Assembly: GCA_045863295.1 (NCBI GenBank)
Contig: BTWA01000016.1
Span: forward strand, 1 to 64,000
Direction: 5' to 3'
DNA from: Candidatus Hydrogenedentota bacterium
Lineage (GTDB): Bacteria > Hydrogenedentota > Hydrogenedentia > Hydrogenedentales > SLHB01
Length of the DNA stretch: 64,000 nucleotides
The notes beneath the pieces were generated by a model. The model had not been told where the DNA came from, did not search any database, and worked only from the letters and a program-made list of their open reading frames with translations. A program made the translations under genes and the position numbers. Below, in pieces: positions 20,501 through 29,800 of the stretch (the first letter of the stretch is position 1; every line of letters begins with the position of its first letter).

Positions 20501-20808
20501 GGATCGTCCCAGACTAGCCGGGTCTCCGGGCCGAGATCGGCGGTGTCGTCAAGGTCTGGCGCGGATACAACCAGATAGCTGGTCTCGGCGCGGCGTGCGT
20601 TCTTGCGCCGCAGCAACAGGGCATCGAACGGCGGATGGAGACGCGTTTGGACCAGCGCATGGCCCTTTACCTCCGACTCGGACACTTTCGCCTCGAAACT
20701 ACCGCCGCGAAACGCCTGCTGGAATACCACATTGCCGCCGATGCTCTCCTTGCGAAGCGGCGTCGGCGGAAGCGTGATCCTTCCCTGCCAATCGGCGAAC
20801 AGACTCAA
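17512..20808 (-). CDS. SF2 DEAH helicase (ResIII-like) with C-terminal PD-(D/E)xK-like nuclease, 1098 aa
   Basis: LPTGTGKT, DEAHH, TATPFR, GFDLP, QFIGRFTR; C-terminal DDGKGEAGDLV...LVHCK...CGQAQKS. Confidence 0.85.
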   Translation of the reverse strand: MSLFADWQGRITLPPTPLRKESIGGNVVFQQAFRGGSFEAKVSESEVKGHALVQTRLHPPFDALLLRRKNARRAETSYLVVSAPDLDDTADLGPETRLVWDDPCVLTEKFSAPEQILESWKDRFLFREEDPESGTSGLRPPQVGALHAIAAHFSVGSDFEPATVVLPTGTGKTETMLSLQVYRRLKRTLVIVPSDALRTQICDKFVSLGVLPDAGVVPRELIGPTVAKLTTGIASAQDAATLIESANVIVALPQTLSASASEALEVLTDRCTDLIVDEAHHIPASQWSSVREMFAGKRITQFTATPFRRDNRRIDGKIVFNFKLGDAQAADYYRPINLKTIEEFGDEEQCDRRIAETAIAALRRDRDELELDHILMARSRSQARAERLFHLYCELAPDMAPQLVFSGPGRVRQNREALRRLTNRGDGSAHVVVCVDMLGEGFDLPNLKVAALHDAHKSLAITLQFIGRFTRKGNWEQVGEATVVANIADPETETKLEALYSEGADWDGLIRRLSEERIDEELRLQDVVHNLRERGDLHAHLSLWNLRPSLSTQIFKTRCADWRPQNYTSVLSVDAESWYAISEDDAVLVAVAHRITSVRWGKYQNLLDSQYDLIVARWDKENAALFVYASDYDGLKSTALAKAITDDGTTLLQGPVIFNILNNVELPLVKNLGSSRIGAISFTSYFGPNVTEGLASIERAESALNNIACVGYEDGERVLWGGTQKRGKVWQQAAGTVAQWIDWTTHTWAKVSTEDEIDANITRDFLRPKKLTEPYEAHPIGVQWGEQAQAGYSERQFVVFGTTEVPLYLVELEIAAAEDDGAIILRLSSDAAASEYRFRIDGAVEAGYRYEKVSGPDAFFHKSNGPKIDVIEYFVSDPVIVRYADGTYSYNCYHIPVLLDAGAFPRDRLDAWEWDDIPLNRESMGKAGNQDTIQYRSFLNIADEYDLVFNDDGKGEAGDLVCLKDVDESTIKLCLVHCKGATGGQVSNDIDNFYTVCGQAQKSMTVKHLGIGRLYHDLKRRHEIWDREGHSRFLKGNMKLLSYFKEKARRSKVTFEVVIVQPGGSKPALSADILKLLGTTELFLKTTTQGEFRVVVSP

Positions 20809-21137
20809 CCCGGTCTCTCTTCTCTATATTATCTCTGCTGCCAGAGTAGCGCGCCAATATATTGTTGAGCAATTGACGAGTCTCGTTGTTTGCCAGAGCC
20901 CGCAGCCTGACGTGCGCACAATCTTAGAAAGCGCTTTTCATGCCGCATCACGGTAATAGTGCCGGACAATTCCGCCCAATTCCTGCTTGCTGCGAACTAT
21001 CCCGTCGTTTTTCACAACGACCGTTTCGTCGAGGACAGTGTTGTCTCTGCCCACTCCCGTCGCTTCTCAGCGAGGGTTCGATTCCCACCGCCGCTGGTGT
21101 AGACTTCAATGAGTGTGCATCTTGCTTGCTTTCCAGT

Positions 21138-21166
21138 GACTCGTTGGGTGACGAACCCAACGAGTC
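21138..21166. terminator. Perfect 12-bp hairpin ~20 nt after the SNF2 stop; terminator, stabiliser or recombination site
   Basis: GACTCGTTGGGT-gacga-ACCCAACGAGTC. No clear U-tract on the minus strand. Confidence 0.5.
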
Positions 21167-21185
21167 CGGAACGTCAACCCATTGG

Positions 21186-23882
21186 CTACTGAGGCCAGAA
21201 AACTGCATAGAGATCCACCTCGGGTATGCTGAATGGTAAGTCAAACGAGGCAAGTTCTGCCCGCACGGCTTCCGCTCCGTTTTTCAGATGGATTGACGTT
21301 TCCGCGGGATCGGGTTTGTGATCGAGAGTACGTGGCTTCGTCAGTTTATTGAGCCTCAGCAAGAGTTCCCAGTCTCTGAGAATCGCCGCAACTTCGCCAG
21401 TGTTGGGAACCGTCTCAACGCCAACGACGACGGCACGTACGGTAGTGTTAAGTCCGGTCACGCGGTCCCAAATGCGAAAGACGAGAATTGGTCGCTCAAA
21501 TCCAACGGCCGAAAAGACAGCGACTTGGTCTTCAGCCGCCCGTGCCTGCCGCAGGGCTTCGTCAATGGCTTTATGGCCGACACCCAGTACGCGCTGAGCG
21601 GCGTCCTTGCCGGTCAAAGTCCGGTCGAACACGACGTTCTCGTAGCTTCGGCGCACGCCTTCGGTCAACCACAGTTCTGGCGTCTTGAACGAAATCCCAT
21701 CGTCGGATTCGCGAGGCCGTCGGTTGTTCACAACGAGCATCGTCAAAAAAAACGGGCGCAAGGCGGGCAGGTCTACTTGCGGTATGAATCGTGATGTCTG
21801 TTGGAAATCAAACCTGGCACAATGTCCAACGATGCTCTTGACCGTCTCAACAACATCTTTGCCGCCGAGACTAGCGGTCTTTGCGTCAAACCAGCGTGCC
21901 AAGGATTCGCGTTCCTGAAGGACGCCCTCAAAAAAAACCTCCCGAAAAACATTGGGCGAGGTCATACCTAGGACTAATTGCAGCAAGTCTTCAGGCTCAT
22001 CCATTGCATGCCCAAAGGCCAGCATAATATTGTTAAGTTTCTCGTTTAGCTTGTCCCAGATGCGTGACTCGACGGTATCGGGATTGCGCAGGGACACAAC
22101 CCGGACCTTGTTCTTCTGACCGTATCGGTTCAGGCGACCGACGCGCTGGTGAAGGCGCATGGGGTTCCAAGGAAGGTCGACGTGAATCAAGACCGAGCAC
22201 CTCTCCTGTAGGTCAATCCCTTCGCCTCCGGCCTCCGTCGACACCAAGAATCGGACAGCACCTGTGTTAAACTTTTCAGCCGCGTCCTCCCTGCCCTCAA
22301 CGAGGTCACGGATCTTCCCCGTGTCATCTACCACGCCCTCCGCGCGGTGGTCCCCGTTGATGAATGTCACGAAAGCATTTCCGAAGTCGTGCATAAGCGC
22401 AGACATGAGCAATGACTGCGTCGCCTTGTACTCCGTAAACAGGAGCACATTCTCCCCATCAAATCGGTCCTTGATAATCTCGACGATACGATCGACCTTC
22501 GTCTCGACCACGACTTGGTTTGCAGCGTCAAGTAATTCTTTGATCCGCGGTTCCTCGTCATGCATCAACATTAAATCTGCCGAGATTTCCGCGATTTGCT
22601 CATCGAGAACCTGCAGCGAATCGTCGTCCTCCATTTCGGCCGCCTTGCCGTACGCCTCAACGAAGCGAGCCAGGGCATCTCGCTTTTCGGTCAGATCGTC
22701 CAGCTTCCTTCTGCGGTCCACCATTCTCTCCAATCTACGCTGCAACGCACGGCGAATAGCGGCAATTGAACTTGACGCGAGCTTCTGCATGGCAATGAGC
22801 ACGAGCATAACCGCACGTCCCTCATTGGAGGACAGTCGCGAAGCATATGCTCTGCCAGAAATAATGAATTCAGTAAGCATCACATAGAAGCGCGCCTCCT
22901 CAGGGGTATAAGAATAGGTCTCCGAGGTTACTTCCGGCGGCTTGAATAGTGCGTTGCCCTTGAGGTCCGTGACGCTCTGCTTGTTATTCCGAATCATTAC
23001 GTCCGATAGAAGTGGCAATTGAGTAGCGAGTGACCCCCTTGGGTCAAAGGATTCCGGTTTGAGCAACTTAAGCAGTGACAGAAATCCAAAGTTCTTGCCC
23101 CTGTGCGGAGTTCCCGTAAAAAACACGAGCGAAGTAACACGGCGCTCCTCCACCAACCGTTGGACTAACTTGTAGCCCAGTGTTGGCCCGGAATGTTCAT
23201 CGGCGTTGAGATGATGTGCCTCATCGACGATCAACAGATCCCAAGGTTCGCTCTCAAGAAGGCGCTCATACCGCTTGGCTCGCTCATCTCGAATTGTCTG
23301 AAGTGACACGACTATCTGTTGGTGTGTGCCCCAGAAATCGGACTTTTCCGTGTCCGCCTCCGTAAGATATTGCACAAGCCTGATATCAAACATAGTCCGA
23401 AGGCGGTATTGCCATTGCGAAACGAGGTGAGCAGGGCAAATGATCAAGAGGCGCTTGACACGCCCTTTGGAAATCAACGGCCACAGTATCAGACCCGCTT
23501 CGATTGTCTTGCCCAGCCCCACATCGTCTGCGACAAGCCAGCGTGTTGGCCACGATTCGATGACGCGGCGGCAGACCCAGAGCTGATGAGGAAGCAGCGC
23601 AATGCGAGAGCGGGCGAACACACCCCACGCATCGTTTATGGAAAGAATACATTCCGCCTGCGCCCGAGCGATCGCCCAAGATGGATCACCCCATGTTCCC
23701 TTCTCAAGTGCCTGAAGCGGGCTAGTTATTTTGACTAGAACCGCCTTGTCGCATTCCTCTATGCCGTGGTCAAATCGAACGAGTACGGTTAGCCCCTTGT
23801 CGTACTCGACACTCCCATCGCCAAAGACGGCGTGCCTAACGCGGTCTCCTGCTTGGAAAAGATGAACCTGCGCTCTATCCAT
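21186..23882 (-). CDS. SNF2/RapA-like helicase with N-terminal Tudor-like segment, 898 aa
   Basis: GDRVRHAVFGDG; VADDVGLGKTIEAG, DEAHH, TGTPH, STEAGGEGIDLQ, QRVGRLNRYGQ. Overlaps the upstream giant ORF by 8 nt. Confidence 0.92.
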   Translation of the reverse strand: MDRAQVHLFQAGDRVRHAVFGDGSVEYDKGLTVLVRFDHGIEECDKAVLVKITSPLQALEKGTWGDPSWAIARAQAECILSINDAWGVFARSRIALLPHQLWVCRRVIESWPTRWLVADDVGLGKTIEAGLILWPLISKGRVKRLLIICPAHLVSQWQYRLRTMFDIRLVQYLTEADTEKSDFWGTHQQIVVSLQTIRDERAKRYERLLESEPWDLLIVDEAHHLNADEHSGPTLGYKLVQRLVEERRVTSLVFFTGTPHRGKNFGFLSLLKLLKPESFDPRGSLATQLPLLSDVMIRNNKQSVTDLKGNALFKPPEVTSETYSYTPEEARFYVMLTEFIISGRAYASRLSSNEGRAVMLVLIAMQKLASSSIAAIRRALQRRLERMVDRRRKLDDLTEKRDALARFVEAYGKAAEMEDDDSLQVLDEQIAEISADLMLMHDEEPRIKELLDAANQVVVETKVDRIVEIIKDRFDGENVLLFTEYKATQSLLMSALMHDFGNAFVTFINGDHRAEGVVDDTGKIRDLVEGREDAAEKFNTGAVRFLVSTEAGGEGIDLQERCSVLIHVDLPWNPMRLHQRVGRLNRYGQKNKVRVVSLRNPDTVESRIWDKLNEKLNNIMLAFGHAMDEPEDLLQLVLGMTSPNVFREVFFEGVLQERESLARWFDAKTASLGGKDVVETVKSIVGHCARFDFQQTSRFIPQVDLPALRPFFLTMLVVNNRRPRESDDGISFKTPELWLTEGVRRSYENVVFDRTLTGKDAAQRVLGVGHKAIDEALRQARAAEDQVAVFSAVGFERPILVFRIWDRVTGLNTTVRAVVVGVETVPNTGEVAAILRDWELLLRLNKLTKPRTLDHKPDPAETSIHLKNGAEAVRAELASFDLPFSIPEVDLYAVFWPQ

Positions 23883-26800
23883 GCATGTACCACCTTGGAA
23901 TCACTCGTCCATTTCCCAAAGTCACGAAGTCGCCCGACTCGGACTCTGCGCCGGCGACGGAAATCAATCGACCTAAGGTCTGTTGCTGGAGACTCGGATC
24001 TTGGGCCAGGAAGTAGAATGGCACATCAAATGACAGATCGAATGTTGCGTCCTGTTCGCCTAAATGTTCAGCAACGAACCTGTAAATATAGATGGCATTT
24101 CGATCTCGTTCGAAGTCGGCAACATCAGCGCATCCAAACGCTTGGAAAACGTCGCGGACTCTTTTCGTCGGCGTAAAGCAGTACCGGTGTGCGTGAGGAT
24201 TCTTGAGAATCTGTTTGCGTACCAGTTCGCGCATGACGAAACATGCACCGATTCCCAGCGTACGGGACAGATCCGGGGCGTCATGGCCGCCCCCCTGAAA
24301 TACTGGTGAAGAGCGGAGAATTGTGATTTCCTTGAGATCAAAGGTTCTCTGCAGACCCTCGATGGCGATAAAGGCACCAACATATTCATCGAGATATCTC
24401 GCAACACGGTAAATGTTGGGAAATAGCTTCATCCAGTGTGAGAACTCGCCAGAATCGATTGGGTTATCAATGTACTCGTCGAGGACCCTAATCCAATCTT
24501 CCGCAGAGGATTCCTTCGCCACAAAGACGTCTAGCCACCTCTTTTGTGCGCATAGATTCACGAAATTACGATGCTGCTCAGGGCGCGCGCGCCCCATGGT
24601 GTGCGTCATTCCGAGGAGGAACAGCGTAAACCAACTCCTTCGCTGTCCTTCGTCCTTGCTGTCGTAGTCAGCCGAAAGGAAATCTATCACACCGTCAGGA
24701 TAAAGCTGTTGCTCGTATTCGCTCGTTTTCTCGTCCTTAACCGAGAGCCACCAGGCCAGGATTTGTTTCAATGCCTCCGCTGCGTCGATCCCAGGTATGG
24801 TTGTGGGCGGCACTAGAGTTAGTTCGGAAGGATAGATACCGAGCAAACCGCAGATTTCGTGTATATCATCTGGTGTCAAATCGCAAGAGAATTCTATCTG
24901 CTGACGTGTCTCAAACCAGGTGCCCGCCTTCGCCCCGCGAAGTTCATGACCAAGCTCCCGGCCCAATTCTCCCTTCAAAAGATACGTTAGAACCGCACTG
25001 CGCTCTGCCTGGGTCGCTGCAACAATGGCCCACTCTCTTAAACGCTCCACCGGCGCATACATGCGCGGCCGACAGGCCAGGAAAAACGCGCATGACGCGT
25101 CCGAATCACAATAGTTCCCATTCAGGACAATGCTCGCAGGGGCGAACGCAGCCCTTAGCCCTTCGTCACTAGGTTCCGTCTCGTTTCCATGGGCGACAAG
25201 CAAATCTTGCGCGGATTGAACCGAACCATCCTGGGCTTGGAAGCGATAGGTCGTCAGCAACTCGAGCAACGAATTACGTTCGTCCTGCTGCGCTGTTGTC
25301 CCACGCTCGAGGCTCTGGAGAAACTCCCTCGTGATGATTGTCCCAAATTCCGCTGCCTTCTCGGGGTCTACGCAGGCTCCCTCATGGACATCAGCTTCCA
25401 AGATCGTCCGGAGGGAGACCTTCTCGACCTCATCTGCCTCTATCATCTTCAATCGTGTCAAAGCCCAGTATCGCGATGCGGATACGGTACGTCCCGGCGT
25501 TAACAGGATGGCCGCCGCTTCCCATTTGGACACCCGCGAAAACAGGTTTTCGTCTTCCAAGACACCAAGAACCACACTAGCTATCTCTCCCGATTTCGTA
25601 AGCATTCGGTAAGCGCCCCAAAGCCCGGTCGGAACGGCCTCGCGACTGCGTAGAAGGTGCGCACCCCCGCGGTCCGGAGCAGACCACAAAATCTCCCTCG
25701 CGAGCGCATAGGCTTCGTTGCTGCGATCTCGGTTGCCTGCCGCGAACGGCGCCACGCAGAGTATCCAGAAACTCTCCCAGAATTGATACTCATCCAAATC
25801 ATGCAGAAGACCTAGTGCCCGGCTCAGTCCCGCCCAATCGGAACGGCCGCGGTCGTACAACTCACAGAGGCACTTCCCAAGTTCCCCACTGATAGCGTGA
25901 GCCAGTGTACGATACTCGTTGGAATCACGCCCTAACCTTGCCCGACCAACGTCGAGCGGAAAGGGTCCGTTAATCGCGAAGCCCAAATCAGAAGTTTCCT
26001 CTGTGGGCGCCGTCACCCAGATAGTGGGAACGCAGTCAGGCAAGCGCGCGAAACCGCAGCCGTCCATCTTGAAAAGCAGGGAGCCTTGAGCGGCTTTAAT
26101 CTTAAGCACATGAGACCTTGCCATATCGGGGGGTAGGTCGACTTGCGCGACAACGAGCGTGGCTGAATCGTTTAGTGGCTCTTCGCGCCATTCGACGCCT
26201 ATAGAGAGCGAGTTTGGTTGCCGAAGTTCAATTGACTTGATGTTGCGCGAGAAAGCCAGGAGTATGCCGGCTAGTTCGTGGAACCTCTGGATGATTGCTT
26301 CCAGAGTTGTCGTTTCACGCATGTCCTCAAGCGCAACGATAGTCCCACTTCGCAAACTAGGGCGCACATCCCGTAACTGGTCAGCCAGATCCTCTGTCGG
26401 AACAGCCTTAGGCCACATGCCCCCGAGAATCTCGAAACCGAGTCGACCACTTCGAATTTTTGGCCGATCGCATATGAGAAAGACGCTTTTGAAACCCAAG
26501 CCGAATTTGCCGGTAACCGAAGAACCGTCGCCAAGCACATTCTTGTCCGATGCGTTCAAGACAAGCATGCGCTCGAGATCTCTATCAAAACCCCGCTCTT
26601 GCCCCTGCTCAAAACCGCTTTCACGAAACTTATTTATCGGGCGTCCCCAGTGCATAAAGTTCAGTGTGTTGTCTTGCCATGCGACCACGAAAGCCTCTTG
26701 TTGCGGCGGGAGCCCCGCTGCCGTCAACATCTCATTCAGTTCGATGGTGGCGTCATCCGCGTTTTGAAAGAACTCGAACGGGACGGATTGCGGACTGTAT

Positions 26801-29800
26801 TGATAGTGCTCGCCGACCTTCTTTCGTATGGCCGCCAAGAACATCGTCTGCACTTCAGGGTCACTTTCCAGTCGCTCCACAAACTCGAGCTTCACTTCCT
26901 TTAGGGCCGTTGCTCTTCCCGTGTCCCCGACAATCCTTCCCGTCGTGGCGGCCGCATGCTCTTCCTCAGCAATCTGCTTCCGGACTTGATCATAACGAGT
27001 CAGTATTCCTTGGAGCTCCGGAAGCTGCTTTGAAATGCCGAGCTGCCCCACATAAAAAAAGGCAGACTCAAGAAGCATATTGCGGGCTATATCGATATCC
27101 AGTTGCTCGCTCTTGGCCATATCCATCCAGAATTCGTCAAGCGAGGGTACCGCCCTGCGGTAGACGAAACTGAATAGGCGATCGAGAGAATTCCGGAGAA
27201 TGTGGGATAAAGTGCTATCGCTTACGACTGTTTCAATGTCGATTTGGCGCAAATCGATCCGGGTGATGCGGTATCCAGCACGCTCCTGCTCCGCTGACCA
27301 GACATTCTTGAATGTCGCCCCCACAAAGATTGAGTCAGCATCTTGCTTTAGCATTGCCTTAAAGCTAGTTCCCGCAATAGATGTCACATCCACGGTATCT
27401 CCGGCTGAAATGCTTACGAGGAACCGTTGCTTGATCATCGCGGTGTGAACGTCTTCATCTCTGCCGACGCCTAAACCCATCATGGTATCCCAGTGAAAGA
27501 GGTCACGGGTTGCTTCAATGCTCCGCTGCCCGAGATGTTCCTTCGCTAGATTTCGAACGGCAGGATGGTCGCCAAGAAACGCCAAGAGCGCGCCGATAAG
27601 TTCTTCGGGCAGCCGCTCACGCCATGGTCTAAAGTACTCACGGAGCGTATGTGCACTTTGATCAAACGCGATCTCATCAATCTGCACGTGCGGTTCTGCG
27701 TGGCCCACTTGCTGGAGTTCAGTTTCTGGATCGGCGTGTGCCCCTGCAAGGCCTAGGAGTTCGGCCTGGCGGGCATCTAATAGGTCTTCATCACGGATAT
27801 TCTCGGCCCAAACGCAGAGCTCAGTTGTTGCCCGCCATCGTCCCGCGCGGTTGCGTAGCTTAATCTGTGGCAAGATCGCGGCTAAGTTGGTAGACTGCCT
27901 TACGACTTCAAGGTACTGATCGTGCCAGCGCTTCCACTTCTCCTTCTCCTCACGGCCCGCGTTCATGTGGCCGTTGGCAAGATGGGACATAATGCGTACA
28001 AGCTTATCCGTGCATGGAGCATGACCAACGTGGGGTAGCAGATAGTGGCAAATCTGTGTCGGTGCATTCGGATGCTTCGCTAGAATCTTTTGGATGATAT
28101 CGGCCACGGGTAATACACCGCTACCTGCAAACAAGTAGACAAAATCCTGGAGTTGGACATCATCGAGAGACGATAAACCGCAACGGTATTCTTCAGTCTG
28201 CTGGCAGGCTAGAACCTCCCCAAGCATCTCTAAACGATATTGAAAGGGCGGCAACATTTTTTCTTTGTGTCGTTGCACGCCGGGATGTTCCCAACACGTA
28301 CGAAGGACGGCGTGTACCGGAATACAACCGCTATCGTGTGGAAACACCAATCGACCGAGAGCTTGGTCCAACCCATTAATCTCGAGAACAGTTCTCGGCG
28401 CAACGGACCCACCAGGCGTCAAAAGCATCCAAGCTCGCTCTCGAAGTTGTTCTGCGAGAGCATCCAGTTCCTGCGCTCGGGTCTCCTTAAGTGCCGCAGC
28501 AATATCTTGCCAATACGCCGCCGGATTCTCTTGCTTTAGAGCAAGTTCCAAAAGCTTGACCGGTGTGAGCGAGTCAAGGAACTCTTCCTGTATTGTTGCA
28601 TGGCGCTTTGTCGGCAGTCGCCTTACGATCTTCAGCAGCGCACCGAGCGCCGTGCGGGGCTGAATCCCAGCATCAAGATAGGTGTTGGGGCAAACCGAGA
28701 TGAGTTGTCCTGACATTGTCTCATGGATCGGAAGCCTCTTGAGGACGTCATCATCAATGATCTGATCCAATAGCTGCTCTCGCTCCGTCGCCGAGAGGGT
28801 TGTCAGGTCCAATGTACGAAGGCTTTCCATCGACTCACGCAGAATGTGTAAGGTACCATCAGGGGTGATGGGGGTAACGTCAAGCGCGCGACTGTGCTCC
28901 GGGTTCAGTACGTTCGCCAACTCTCGCGGGACATAGCGCCACGACGGCACTATTAGGCGGACAAGCTTCGTCCAAATGTCTTCTTCATTTGCCGTGTTAG
29001 CTGCAACAAGCAAACCAGCGTCATCGTAGTGTTCCGGAGATCCGTGCAGGAGATAGCGTACGGCCTTGCGGGGTTGGGGCAGTTGAAAGTCGAGATTCGC
29101 CGCAAGGAGTGCGGACAAGAGTGCGGCTCGCTGTCCTGGCTCGCGCAAAGCTGGTACTGTTTCAAGAACGTCGACGCATGCCGCCGCGTCGCAAAGGTGG
29201 CGTGCCTCGCCCAATACCGCTTTGTAGCTTTCCGCCGGGAGAAGCAGTATGCGCAAGGCTTGCAGGGCTTGTTGCAGGTCATGTGCCAGCCCTTCGGGGG
29301 CTAGCAGCTGTCCTAAGGCAAAGGCTGTGCGCCGGTCGAAGGCTTGTGCAATGGCTGTTGCGGACTCGAGTACTTCTGTTTCGGATGCACAGTCTTTGAC
29401 GCGAAACAGTTTGTACTGATTATGGGGCGGTGTCCTGATGATCTCCTTATCGCCTTTGACTTCAAGAGCGTGAACGATGAAATCAGAGCACACCTTGGGC
29501 CAGTCAGGTCGTTGCTTGAGCGCATCGGGTGGATTAGCAAACGCTTTCAGAATCCGTGAGAGATCATTCTCTAATAGTGTGCCTTCCCCTGTGAAGAACT
29601 GGTCCGAGACCGGAATACAATCGAGGTCCAAACGAGCAAGAAATGAATTCAGATCAGCAGGGACGCTTTGGGGAATCGAAAAGAACCAATCTACCGGGAG
29701 GTGTTCAATCACTCTTTTAAGTGATGCAGCATTTCCTCGAAGATCGGAAAGCGACACCTCTCGAAACGCCTTTCTCAGGAGTTCACCAACCGCCTTCAAC

